A stretch of DNA of 59,981 bases, filler included, from Bipalium vagum (GCA_037834085.1; 3 parts of 3 records of this genome joined end to end with filler, not necessarily neighbours in it), one strand, 5' to 3'. Shown: positions 1 to 12,390, counted from the whole stretch's first letter. Translations and numbers: made by a program. The notes: a model not told the origin generated them from the letters alone.

Positions 1-420
1 GAATGGACTTTGGCTTATTAATATAAACTTTATCCTTCAGATATCCCCAAAGAAAATAATCTGGTGCTGATAAATCTGGTGAAAGAGAAGGCCAGTTGAA
101 TGTCGAATTTTTTGAAATTATCCTATTACAGAAAATCTCACGTAAGAGTTCTATGGTACGTTTCGCCGTGTGTACAGCAGGAAGTAAATATATTTTTATA
201 ATATCGCGATATCGCTCAGCATTTATGGTTACAGCATTCCCATTAACATCCTCAAAGAAATATGGCCCTCTGATCTTTTCATATGAAACACCACACAAAA
301 CTGTGAATTTCTCTCTGGTGAACAGCTCTTGGATTTTCAGATCCCCATATTTTATAATTTTGCTTGTTGAAAAATCCATTCAGATGAATGTAACCCATGA
401 TATATTAATCGGTTGATTAC
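1..420 (-). mobile_element. Decayed Tc1/mariner-superfamily transposase fragment (DD37D/DD41D-like C-terminal half)
   Basis: Minus-strand translation gives GPYFFEDVNGNAVTINAERYRDII...FNWPSLSPDLSAPDYFLWGYLKDKVYINKP, matching the WPxxSPDLxxxDxFLWGYLKxKVY motif. It is internally deleted and runs off the window. Confidence 0.85.
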
Positions 421-774
421 TTCTTATCTTATATGTTTTCCTTCGACTAGTTTTTAATATTACATTAACTTTCTGGTCATCTTTGATTGGAATCGATATG
501 CTATCAAATTTTATATTGGTCTTTTTAAATTTTCCGCAATTCAACACATCATTCACCATATAAAATATTTCTTGAGAATATATTCATTTATACAAAACAT
601 ATTTCAAGTAGGCGCTTTTCAATAAATATTTTCGAAAGTATACAATTATTAATTATTATTATTATAAAATAATGCATTAATTATAATATTAGGTTCAAGT
701 CTAAATTGATATGAGATCATCCATTTGGCACACCTAATTATTTTACCAATTGAATGTAAATGATATTCTATACT

Positions 775-1210
775 CATCAGCCTGCAATTGAATCTCTCAG
801 CAAGGTCTCGTTATTTTGTCGAGAACCTGTCTCAATGACTTCTTTTAATTCATCATCATCTACGGTTTGAGGACACAGTCCATGCTGATCATCTTTCAGA
901 TCTATATTTCCATGTTTAAACGTTGAAATGATCTCCTGCATTTAGTATTACTAATGAAAAGTAACATATACACACATCGCAAATTCGGTAGCAGTCCTTA
1001 CTTGTTTGAAATCATATCTCATACAAATGCAAATTTTCGATCATCCATATTTCTAAGTTCACTTTCCAACTAAAAATGAATGAAATGAAAGATGGTATTA
1101 ATAAAACATTACAAATGAGAAAAATATACCAAACAAAATTTTAAATTTGTTGGTTTATGCAATAATAAATGTTATTCATTAAAACACACATTGTTAACTT
1201 CGCAACCTAA
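775..1210 (-). mobile_element. Mariner 5' fragment (left TIR and N-terminal HTH region)
   Basis: TIR-like TA|TTAGGTTGCGAAG on the minus strand ending at 1210-1212. Decayed reading includes MDDRKF..MRYDFKQ..QRFKHGNIDLKDDQHG..QTVDDDELKEVIE. Confidence 0.7.
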
Positions 1211-1378
1211 TACTAAATTGATCTGATTTTTGATCTTCTTCTTTCAGATCATCTTCAGTCAAATTTCATATTTTCTTTGAAATAAAACAATATTCATAAT
1301 TACTTGTAATTTTTTATATTTTTAATTTTTAAAAATGAGAACTAATTATTTTACAACTGAAAACCAAATATAACTATA

Positions 1379-2496
1379 TTAGGTTGGTGCAAAAATAATA
1401 ATCGTTTTTAAACTTATTGGTTTAAATTGTTTCTGTTTCAGTCATTTTAGAATCAACATTATATTATTATATATCAATTTAAAGATAAATTTCTGAATTT
1501 CTAAATTTTTTAAAATAGTAAGTTGTTTAAATGCATTAATTAAATTAAATTTGTTAACAACTTTATAAATGATTTCAAAACCAGACATTCTAACAATTAC
1601 TTTTCATGAATTTAAACTTGGTCAAAATGCTACAGAAGCGACTAGAAACATTATGCAGACATAGGGAGATGAAATGGTAGATGGTTTGAAAAGTTTCGGG
1701 TTGGAAACATCACCCTCGAGGATGAAGATGGTCGTTGATGATGCATCATTGAAATCAATCATCGAAACAGACCCAAGGAAAACGACAAGGGAAGTTGCGA
1801 AAGACATCAACTTTAATTATACCACAGTTCTTCGCCACTCACACAAAATTGAGAAGGTTAAGAAAATGGACAAATGGGTGCCGCAAGAGTTGATCGAAAA
1901 TTAAAAAATCTCCGTTATGAAATCTACTCCAGATTTCTTCTGTGCAACAAAAACGCATCGTTTCTTGATCGCATAGTAACGTGTGATGAGAAATGGTTGT
2001 TGTATGATAACCGACGACGATCTGTTCAATGTTTGAATCCTGATGAGTGTCCACAACAATTTCCAAAGCCACACGAAAAAGATATTGGTGATTGTTTGGT
2101 AGTCGGCATCTGGTCTGATTCATCACAGCTTTCTGAAAGTTGGTGAGACTATTACTGTCGAGAAAAGTTGTATGATCTTGGTTAAGAAACTCTTGATCAT
2201 GTACCATACCTACCAGACCTGGGTCCAACAGACTTTTATCTTTTCAAGCAACTGGGGTTATTTATGCGTGGGAAACGGTTCCAAAATGAAGTGGATGTGA
2301 AGAAGGCTTTCCTGGATTTTGTTGTTTCCAGAAGTCCTGAGTTTTATGCATTTGGAATAAATATGCTTATTCGGCGTTGGCAGAAGTGTCTTGATTTGAA
2401 AGGATTACGTTTTGAAAAATAAAGTTTTGTTTAGACAGAATTATTGAATTTTAAAATAATTACTAAAAATCGGCCATTATTTTTGCATTAACCTGA
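1379..2496 (+). mobile_element. Near full-length decayed mariner element (cecropia/Hsmar1-like), non-functional
   Basis: TA-flanked TIRs: TTAGGTTGGTGCAAAAATAAT at 1379 and its inverted copy ATTATTTTTGCATTAACCTGA ending at 2496. Transposase pieces are HEFKLGQNATEATRNI, DKWVPQEL, FLDRIVTCDEKWLLYDN and PYLPDLGPTDFYLF, with stops, frameshifts and a deletion of the HDNA region. Confidence 0.95.
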
Positions 2497-3866
2497 TAGT
2501 ATAAATTATTATAATGAAAAATCTGCTTCTTTAGGGATTGTTTATTGAAAGAACTTATAATAATAATAATAAAATAATAATAATAATAGAAATAAAATAT
2601 TATTCTGCAGAGCGATATATATTATTTATATTTATATAATAAAAGAAGCAGAATTAATTCAACTACTTTTTACATACATTAAAATCATTTCTCATTTAAA
2701 CTTGACACTGTGCTTTAGTTCGTGTCTTAATTGATTTATGATGATGGCTTAAATTAAGATCACTGAGACAGATAATCTTGTAAAATGTATCAGAAAATGA
2801 AGTAAAGCTGATTTTTTGACCAGCGAAATCAGATGAATTTTTTATGTTTTTAATAATCAATATTTTTTAACACATTTTACAATTTATGCCATTTTTACAA
2901 AACCAAATCGTGAATAAATTATTGGAAAGATCTTTCTCAATACTTAAGATTTATATTAATATTTGTTACACTTATTTTTTGAAAAATTTATTGATTTCAA
3001 ATAACATTAAATGTGTATACTCAATTATCATTTAATAATAATAAAAAAATAATATTAATAAAAACAATAATATTATTAAACATAATAATAAAATAATACT
3101 ATTATTATTACTATTAAAAAAATTGAAAAATGAGCCTAATAAGAAATATAATATTTTATTCAATTAGAGATCTGAAATATTATTTTTATTTGATCCCGAC
3201 TCAAGTTTTGTTTCATCCGAAATAAAAATTCCAAGATAATATTGGCATAGGGAAATAATAAATATTATATTATATTAATGTTAAAAAATATAATTTTTTT
3301 CTTAGCCTTACCACAAGAAAATTGGCAAAAGTTTACTGTGGAAAATCTCATTAACTGACCTGCACGATTAAAAGGCTTCATTTATTTTCTTGCTATAATA
3401 AATGTAATTGTTATTCCTTAATTGTTTTGTTTGAATGATGTTTTATATAGATATATACGTGTGACATATGAGAATATTTTCCAACCGAAATAATATCATC
3501 CTCTCATATTTTATCCGTTGTGTTTGGAATTTGTTGCAAAATGTCTTATTGTAACGAGAGATGTAGAATTTTATATTAGCTTAATTTAACGGGGGACAAT
3601 TTTATTTGTAAAATATAATTTTCTGAATATTTTTTTTATTATCCACTCCATTGATTACCAAAATAAATAATTTTCCTTTATTTTCTTTTATTTATTTATA
3701 TTATATTTGTTTAAGTGATCACCCAATTCTTGTATGACAGTACTTTAAAGAATGATTTAAAGAAAAATTCTTTTTGTTTTATTAAATCAGAAATGATAAA
3801 TGTCTGAAACGAATTGCAACAAGAGATATTGATTTCTTTTTCATAATTGGTGTAACTCTTATGATA

Positions 3867-4590
3867 TTAGGTTGGAGCATAAGTTCTATAGCACTTGAAA
3901 AATATTAGAATATTAGTAATAGTAAATCTAATCAATAATAATATTTGAGCATTTTTTGTTTAAGTAATCTTAATTCATTATATTCATTAACTCAATTTTT
4001 AAAAATGCATAAGATGTAAGTAAACCATTTAATAAAATATTATTAATAATTAAATAATTTTAGATGACTTTGATAAGAAATAAATTGCAAATTCTTATTC
4101 GGTATTGTTGAAAGCGCGGAATTTCTACTAGGGAAGTGGCAAAAAAAGATATTGAAGGTGAAGGAACCATCCCCAATAAAACTGTATCTCGTTGGTACAA
4201 ACGTTTCAAAACTGGTGACCTTAGTTTGGAAGGAAAGCAAATGTTGTGGTCAACCATTACATTTGGATAATAAGAAGTTGTTTAGAAATCTTGATTGTGA
4301 ACCATCATCTAGCAGTCGTGATTTGGAAGCAATGCTTAATGTGAATCACAAAACAGTTTTGAGGCACTTGCATCAACTCGATTATGCCCATAAAAAGCTA
4401 CGCCAAGATCCACATTAGCTGACCGAACCAAAGCCAATCGACATGTTGAAATTTGCAGTCACTGACTGTAAAATCCCATGAGTGATCGATTCTGGAAATG
4501 CATTATCATGTCTGATGAGAAATGGATTTACTTAATAAATCCAAACTAACAAAGGCAATGGGTTCCAAGAAGTAAAACACCTCTAAAACA
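3867..4590 (+). mobile_element. Mariner element, 5' half, decayed
   Basis: TA|TTAGGTTGGAGCATAAG TIR. Translation includes TVSRWYKRFKTGDLSLE, HKTVLRHLHQLDYAHKKLRQDPH*LT and IIMSDEKWIY. Truncated at about 4590. Confidence 0.9.
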
Positions 4591-4899
4591 AAGCAAAAGC
4601 TTGTGACAATTATAATTTGAATAATAATAAATGGTTGAAATGTAATTTAACTGTCGCTTTATAAGTCGCTTTATTATCTTCCACCTGTTAAGATCGATAG
4701 CATATCACTTGAAAGTGGGAGTAAAGATATCAGATAAAAATCCCTGGTCGTCAGGAAATGCAACAAAAAAGTACCTCATAAATTTTCAAAGTGCAACTTC
4801 CTGGATTTTGTCTTGACCCTTGTTTTGTCTTAGAATTATAATATTCAATATTATCAAATTGAGTACAAGATTATCACAATTGGGGAATTCTTAAATGAA

Positions 4900-5150
4900 T
4901 TTCATTTCGATCTTATCTCGGAACAACTGCTTTAAACCTAATAGTATCCAATAGTAAACCTAAACATTCAAGATATCCAGAACAATAATGTCTTGAATCA
5001 TATTACTGTTTGGTGATTTTATAGTCGTTTTGCGATACAATTCAAGCTCCATATTTCCCTATTGATCTTTTTGATATTGTGGCTTTCTTGATAATCCGAT
5101 AGACCCTGTACAGAGCTTTTTTCATTGATTCCTTAAAACTTATACGTATA
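4900..5150 (-). mobile_element. Possible Penelope-like reverse transcriptase remnant
   Basis: Only a short GNMELELYRKTT match to the VYRKPT motif of Penelope-like RTs; heavily decayed. Confidence 0.25.
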
Positions 5151-5619
5151 TTTTTGGATGTACAAATGTCGATTTTTATAATACTAAAGATGAAGAATAG
5201 TGAGGGTGATCTATTCACAGCTTTGTAACACGAATAAAAGTCACTCTGTTACACAATTTTATTACAAGAAATTCGATATTGTTTTATTATATTTGAAAAA
5301 AAGAAATTACGGTTTTTGACCTTTGGTTTTAAACTAATGAGACACACGTGTGAAAAAGTTTATAAATTGAAGTTGTCATTATTCGATTGTACTCAATTTT
5401 CCCAGCTAGAAGCAAGGTTTTATTCCGGTCGAATAAGAAATCTTAGTTCTGGAAGCTACCAATTGGTTGAAGAATTGGTTTGGCATCATTTTAATTATTG
5501 AAGTTTTTTTCCCAAAAGGAAATTTACCAGATAATTGAAAAACTGATAGTTTGTAGGAGAGAGATCTGGGGAGTACGCAGACTGAGAGAAAATATTATTT
5601 ATAAACTCCAAACGCGGTC

Positions 5620-5990
5620 ACTTTTGACTAAACCTTTTTGAAAATCTTTTTTATTTTATGCAAATGATGGAAGATTGATATTTGTCTAATACCAATTGCA
5701 CCAACCAATTCGAGATTAGTTTAAGGAGAATGTTTAGGAAGACTTCATTCAAGGGATGCGGCTCATACCGTCAATAGAAACGGTTTTCTTTGAATCGAAT
5801 GAACCATTTCACGTTGTGCTTTTGCAAATATTAGCTTCCAGAAGCGAAACATTTTAGAGCCTTTTATCTTTAGTCAACAATTAAAAAATAAAATATGCGG
5901 GAAATGTTCATTCTTTTCAATCTAAATCTTTTTTATGAACTAAATTAAAATTCTTTTTAAACAATGAGCGTGGAAACTTATTGATTTATG
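5620..5990 (-). mobile_element. Highly decayed mariner N-terminal fragment
   Basis: EHFPHILFF, WFIRFK and IFHHLHKI pieces appear in mariner order. Confidence 0.5.
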
Positions 5991-6028
5991 GATTGATAAC
6001 ATTTAAAAGTTAACGTTTATTTATTGTA

Positions 6029-6595
6029 CAGTGTGTCATTTAAGTAACTTTACAACTTTATAAGTGAATACCAAAAGAATTCTTCAACGTAACTGATTTT
6101 TAAATGAAAACAAAGTAATATACAGATGATTTATTGATTTTCAAAATGTTCCTTTTTATCTTCCTTGCAACGACGTAATCTACCAGAACTTTTCTTGCAG
6201 CCGTTGAATAATCATTTTATTCAAAATTTTCCCATTCCTACTTGGTTGACGTTCACATTTTGGGTCATTCAGACACTCCCAGTTTTATGAATTTGTTAAA
6301 TATTGCAATAATCTCTGATCTACTTGATTGAACAGTATTTATTTTCCTTTTCCATATCCTTTGAATTGTTATGGGTGAGTTAAATTTATATTTTAATTCA
6401 ATGATTTTGATTCGCTGATCACCCTAAGTCTGTCACTGCTCGACAAGTGATGGAGAATCTAAAACAAATATAATTATGTTACAATTCCAAAAGTTACGTG
6501 TCAGAATACATGTGACAATACTTCAGTTAAACAAAACTAAATATTAAAGGATTTATTACACTTTAAAATCGTAAAGCTAAATAATTGACACCATG
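6029..6595. mobile_element. Internally deleted Tc1-like element (MITE-like)
   Basis: TA-flanked imperfect inverted ends of about 40 bp: CAGTGTGTCATTTAAGTAACTTTACAACTTT on the left versus CATGGTGTCAATTATTTAGCTTTACGATTTT as the reverse complement of the right end. Confidence 0.65.
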
Positions 6596-8069
6596 TATAT
6601 TTAGTGAAAATCAATATTTATGCATCAATTCAATAATTCATTCAATACAAATGATATAAAAGTTTAATATACCCTTATGAAATTATCATAAAAAGGAACA
6701 TAGTTAAGTATTAAAATTAACAAAATTTGAATTTTTGACAGAAAATGAAGGGAAATATTTTGTAAAAATCAGTAACCATGGATAATTTTAAACTAGCTTA
6801 ATCGTGTGCTTCACCCTACCAAAGCAGAAGTCATTATTTTTATATTGATATTGACTGTAATTTTAAGAGAATTTGCTCTCAAGTTAAGGAGCAAACAGGC
6901 ATATTGGTCGCCAGTTACTATATAAGCAACTCTCAAAACTATGGAGTTATAGAAATAAATTGGTAACATGTTTCTTGACATCATGACCTACAAAGATTAT
7001 GCGCAAGCTCCTACCGATCTTAGGGCCTTATAAGTGTTGTGAAGACCCAGAGGCCTGAACTAAAATTGATTTCATATATTTTTCTTTTGCCACATAATTA
7101 ATTGATTCGATTCTAATAATAATTCTCTTTTATTTACCTTTTCATTTCACTTTATTTTAAAAATAATAAATTATTTATATTTTCCTTTTCCTTTACGCTC
7201 TCTGCCTACATATTTTAGACAGGGCCACTATTCATACACGTATAAAACATCCTGTGACATTTGAATTCTTTTTAATGAAAGCTGATTTCGACTTGTTAAT
7301 CGGTTCACTTTTTGTATTGTTTAATAGTACTTATTTTTCTGGTTCATTTCTCTTCTGACATCCATTATATTCAATTTTATATTAAGTTCCGATTGTTTTC
7401 ACCGTGTATCAACAAATGCCTATTTTTGTCGAGGAACTGCTTTTCCTTTAATGTTTTAAGTCCTTATTATGTTATACTTCAAAATTGTCTATGAAAAATT
7501 TCTCAAAAATTTTCTCAATCAATACTTCATAATTTTGATAGATACATGTAATTTTTATAATTAATTAATTTTATATTCGTAGTCCTGCCGAATGATCCCG
7601 ATTTCTGTATGGATTAAAATGATCATCACCCAAGACACCTTTTCTCTCATAATTTCGATCTGATGGGTCACATGAAGTACATAGATATAACTAAATGATC
7701 CAGTGCATTCTGAAGTATTCTTAATGATAAGATAGATACAGAAAATTACAGGATTTCATTGAATATTAACTTACCAGGTTGGTAAGAAAATATTTTGCTT
7801 TTTTAACCGATAAATGTGTTATCAAAAATCTCAGAGCACAAAAAATTGTTTTATTCAAAATTAGATTCATGACAACCAACTCATTTCTGCCAATTATGCG
7901 AATTAAGTTTATTTTTTCTAATGAATAAATTTTAATATATAATGAATTTATTTTGAAATCGACAAGCTTATGGAAGGCATTCTGAACAGTACCATTATTG
8001 TGGAAGATTTTCTCTTGCGGGAAGTTGGAAAGATTATAAAGAATTGGTAAGTCGTACATATGTTGTCAA

Positions 8070-8398
8070 AACTCACGTCCCTATACTTCTTTGGTCACTC
8101 GTCACAAATTGATGGAACTTGATTGGATGTCATAATATTGATTGTAGCAAAAGATTATTATCTGTTCTTTTCTTTAGATGGGAAAACATTTTTTTGTTGA
8201 CATCATAAAAACTTACCTAGACGATATCTTTGCTGGAAAAGATTAAACTTTTTATGAAGCTGAAATAATAAAATTACCTGAGAGACTCATGGTTGAACAA
8301 AATGATCAATATTTAATATAACAGAATTTTATCTTTGTTTAAAATTCTATGACTTCTTATGTTATATTTATAACCGGAAAACTTTTCGGACAACCCAA
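8070..8398 (+). mobile_element. Mariner 3' fragment with right TIR
   Basis: Translation gives RPYTSLVTRHKLMELDW and FYEAEIIKLPER..VEQNDQYLI. The fragment ends CCGGAAAACTTTTCGGACAACCCAA|TA. Confidence 0.8.
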
Positions 8399-8404
8399 TA
8401 TTTT

Positions 8405-9050
8405 ATTTAAGAAACTGTAGTGAATCAGTCCGACCGTGAACCACCAAATCGACACCGTGGTCTTTTTTTGATGCAATCCCGGCTTTGCGAACTGATTTTG
8501 TGTTTCTTCAATATCTATTCATTTTGATAACTGTAACTGATTATCGTAGGCAATCCACTTTTCTTTATAAGTTACAGTACTACGAAAAAATTGGTCGTTC
8601 TATTTCGCAAAAAAGAATGGAGCGTATTTTATAGTGACTAATTTTCTGAAATTGTTCTATTCGTGAGACACCTGTTTACCGAGCTTCGATGTTTTTCAGA
8701 GTTGGTGAAGGTGATGTAGAATTGCTGGGTAACTGACTCAGAGGCTTTTGGCATGTTCCCAAGCCGTTGCACGTGTATCTGCTTTGACCAAGATCTTTAA
8801 TTCATCACTGTAAACTGCCAAGAGACATCCACGAACCACATCACTCTCGAGACTACCATCTCTACTTAATAATTTTTAAACTAGTTTTTCACGAATATCG
8901 CTTTTGCTGTACCTGTATCGAATTGATTTTACTAGTGATCACCACAACATTATTGAAAAATTTGAATTCGTGAAGTGCGACTGCATGCAATTGGCATTTT
9001 TCTAACGACTTCTACAAATGATAAACACTAAACATTATTAGTAATAGAAC
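8405..9050 (-). mobile_element. Decayed mariner transposase fragment
   Basis: Translation gives DELKILVKADTRAT, ILHHLHQL*KTSKLGKQVSHE, KWIAYDN and KPGLHQKKTTVSIWWFTVGLIHYSFL. Confidence 0.85.
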
Positions 9051-9341
9051 AGCAAAACAACTTCTGGGCTTTCAAATGGTTTATTAATCAATACGTTTCA
9101 TATTTGAAATGGGCAATCTTCATCTTAAATTGAGACTATTTCTGGAATCAGAAAAATAATGTAACATGCTTTTATCATATGTAATTATTTTCTATGCTCT
9201 TGTCGAACTTATCAATTAGTTTTGATAACAAATGCACATTGCGTATCATTTCAACTTATAAGTATAATACTTGACATAAGTGATGACTGTGATTATTATT
9301 GGTCTATGCTATCATATGATCGCTGTTGTTTTCAAGATCGA

Positions 9342-10021
9342 ACTTTGATCAGTGTCGACATCATTTTTCAACGTGTATACCCAAGCTATTATTATACAAG
9401 TCGAATTTATCATTAACATAAACAAGTACCTTATCACGGATATCCTGAAATGTTAATATCAAAAAGGCAATACACTGGTCTCCTGTTGTAGGATATACTA
9501 GGAAAAAACTGTTAAATTGAAATAGTAAAAATTTTAATAAGAAAACTTGATTTGTTAAAATAAAGGTAAATTCAGGGTTAGACGACATTGTCTTATCTAC
9601 TGGGGATAATTTCATTGTTTAACAATGCAGATAATATAAACAAATTAAGAAAATAACAGTCGTAAAGACTCCCGTACGCTCAGTACTTTGATCAGTGTCT
9701 ACATCAATATTCAAGGTACATACCTCAGATATTATTATAAAAGTCACCTTTACCATTAATAAAAACAAGTCCCTCATTATGAAAATCCTGGTATAATCTC
9801 AGAAAAAAGTTAATAACATTGTCCACCGTTGCAGGATATATCAAGAAAAACAGTTAGTGAAATAGTAAAAAATTGTAACAAGAAAAATAAAAACTTATTT
9901 CCTTCAAGTCAAAGATAAGATTGTCTTATCTGCTGGAGATAATTTTATTGTTTAAACAATGCAGCTAATATAAACAAATTCAGAAAAGAAAACAAAGTCG
10001 TAAAGTTTCCCGTACGTTCAT
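9342..10021. repeat. Two-copy diverged tandem duplication, period about 343 bp
   Basis: ACTTTGATCAGTGTC starts at both 9342 and 9685. Collinear shared blocks include TATTATTATA, AACAAGT, AGGATATA, GAAATAGTAAAAA, ATTGTCTTATCT, AACAATGCAG.TAATATAAACAAATT and AGTCGTAAAG..TCCCGTACG. Confidence 0.95.
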
Positions 10022-10739
10022 TCAGAGATTGCTGTGGATAATCATGACATAACACAAAATCTTGATGTATTACGTAAACGAAACACGTTTCGAAACAAAA
10101 GCTTTCAATAAACATTTTCATAAAATAAATCCGATAATTTACACAATTAAATCGAAAACATTCAATTTCAATAGACCAATATATCAAACACAAAAAATCA
10201 ATAATATATTTATTAAAATTATTTATTTTATTAAAACGTACATTTGTATCCAAAACATTGTAATATAATCTACAAATTGTTAAAACATAAAAATAGAAAT
10301 TAAAATTCGCAAATTACAAAAGTGTCGTCGACCCACACGGACAAGGGTGGACCGAGAAAAAATTGAAAATAAAAACAATAATAGCAATACAAGAAAAAAG
10401 AAAAAACAAGCAAATATTATTGCAACCCGTTCCTGGGAAGCTGAGCGAGATTCGAAGTTCGACCAACACGTGGCAAGTGACATTGTACGGAAGACCTGTT
10501 GTATAAAAGCGTACCAAAAACCGAAGTATACAAACAAAAGCAAATAATAATGATGATAAATAATATTAATAGTAATAATAATATTTCAAAAAAGAAAAGT
10601 ATATAAAAACCGGTTCAACCTAAACAAGTTGACGTGACCGCAGCAAAAACTAAAATGGAAATAAAAATGCAATAAAATCCATGGACATGACTCTGGAGAA
10701 GATCGTGATTTTTCAATTTGGCAGACAGAAATAAAGGAC

Positions 10740-11312
10740 TCAGTTGTAACCGATGGCAGCGCTATCGTTCGTGTACGGATGGTGGTAGTGGTGATAGCAG
10801 GAATTGACGATGTTCGGTTGCAGGAGATCGCTGCTGAATGAGGTTTGGTAGTATGGTTCGACTTTGACGTACGTCATGAAATTGTTATTGCCATTGGCAC
10901 TGTTCTGGGAAATCGGTAGCGGTGCGATGGAAAACTCCTGCTTGACAGAATTCATCACCGATCCCGAATCTATCTGGGAACTCTTCGGTGAATCCGTGTC
11001 GCCCGTTTCAGATGGATCATTGTTATTATTACGAGAATTGCACGATTCAATCAGCTGTTCAAATTCCACAATGGAAAGGTCCGATTGGAAATTGTGTCCT
11101 GGTAAATTGTCGTCGAGAAACCGTAATCTTTCGTTCCAGGCTTTGAAAATATTTTCCGCCAACACCAAATATTTCTTATATTTCAAAGCGACATGGTTGA
11201 TTTCTTTCTGTAACGTTTCTTTTTTTTCAATTTTCCGTTCCCGGCATCTTTGGGCAGATTTCCGGTTTCTTTCACGACGTTTAATTCGTCTTTCGGCTTC
11301 TTCAGGAGCGAC
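10740..11312 (-). CDS. Fos/ATF3-like bZIP transcription factor, last coding exon (basic region, zipper, C-terminus)
   Basis: Acceptor ttgtatag| at 11313-11314. There are 191 in-frame codons to TGA at 10740, reading VAPEEAERRIKRRERNRKSAQRCRERKIEKKETLQKEINHV..., with the bZIP N-x7-R signature and the Fos/Jun-type Cys. Confidence 0.93.
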   Translation of the reverse strand, partial: VAPEEAERRIKRRERNRKSAQRCRERKIEKKETLQKEINHVALKYKKYLVLAENIFKAWNERLRFLDDNLPGHNFQSDLSIVEFEQLIESCNSRNNNNDPSETGDTDSPKSSQIDSGSVMNSVKQEFSIAPLPISQNSANGNNNFMTYVKVEPYYQTSFSSDLLQPNIVNSCYHHYHHPYTNDSAAIGYN

Positions 11313-11373
11313 CTATACAAGATCGAGGAATTAATTCAATTGTCAGCAAATTTTACAGAGTAAAAATACTCAC

Positions 11374-11877
11374 GGTTTCATTTTTCAGATTTCTTCGTCC
11401 GGTCGCAATGGTTGGAGCGGGTTTTCTGCGTTTTTTCACTGGATTGCTGTTAATATCCAATTCCGATCCGTTACTGATATTCGATTCAGCCGTACTGGAT
11501 CCAGAAGTGCGCAATTTGTTCCGATGATCAATGTTGGAAAGATATTGATTTTGTTCGACCGGATATGAAGACATAGAAATACCAGGATAAGGCTGGTGGA
11601 GAACAGAGGTAATGTGAGACAGTCCATGAGAATTGGAAGAATTACTATTATTATTATTGTTGTTATTATTATTGTTATTGGAATAGGGAAACGAGTTCTG
11701 ATTGTACATAGACGGCAACGAAATGGAATATGGATATGCACCAGCGTTATACGTCGGTTCAGAAATTGGATTGGCACCTAGCTGGGCTTGCATTGAGTAT
11801 GAATGACGATGGTGCTTGTGGGAACAATCGGAATTGGCGGCTGGATTGGATTTCCAATGAGCGATTGACGTGTTAAA
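11374..11877 (-). CDS. Fos/ATF3-like bZIP, middle coding exon
   Basis: Donor ACC|gtgagt at 11373 opens a 61-nt phase-0 intron (11313-11373) after TGRRNLKNET, the same position as the Fos GRRxKVEQ^LSPEEEEK intron. The frame stays open upstream of the ATG at 11793 to a ttttcag acceptor at 11878-11880. The exon contains a poly-Asn tract and a KKRRK NLS-like motif. The true start could alternatively be 11793. Confidence 0.85.
11641..11680 (-). repeat. Coding (AAT/AAC)n tract encoding poly-Asn
   Basis: Reads SNNNNNNNNNNNSNSSNS in the bZIP reading frame. Confidence 0.9.
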
Positions 11878-12315
11878 CTGAAAATTGCAACGTTAAAAAT
11901 CTAGCACGATATCGATTTGACAAACAAATTATAGTCAAATGTCAGTGTGAATGGTTACGTAATACACAAATACAAGTTTGTGGCTGTGTGCAGCCTATCG
12001 AACAGGATCACTGACAACAGAGCTGATGCAAACGTGAAACGCAACAACAAAGAAATACACGGTTGACCACCAATCGTCAACACAACAGAACTCTGAAATC
12101 AAACGAAAAATCGATATTTCAAGTGTTTATTAATGATGGCTGAACACAGACACACATACAATTATACGGTGGAGAGTTGTGTGTGTGATAATGGGTGTGG
12201 AAACAGGTCTGGTACGTGCACTCCGTATTTTGTGTTCCGTATTTGGTAGTTGTGATCTTGCAAAATGAAAAGTTAAATCTTATTGGCACGTTTTTAAGTG
12301 CTATAGAAAGCCAGA

Positions 12316-12390
12316 ACCACCAGCACCAGCACCAGCACAACGTCTACCAGGTAATGAATGGTGGTACGAAAGAGAGAGAGAGAAAGAGTT
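12316..12390. repeat. (CACCAG)n hexamer and (AG)n simple repeats
   Basis: accaccagcaccagcaccagcac and agagagagagagaaagag are directly visible. Confidence 0.85.

Noticed and set aside
10200-10739. AU-rich elements and short ORFs in the bZIP 3' UTR
   Set aside because: ATTTA-type motifs are ubiquitous at this AT content, and the ORFs are compositional artefacts.
10864-11334. 156-aa plus-strand ORF
   Set aside because: It is the antisense shadow of the bZIP exon and has no recognisable motif.
11436-11781. Ile-rich ORFs 11436-11777 (-) and 11596-11781 (+)
   Set aside because: These are alternative-frame readings of the poly-Asn (AAT)n tract.
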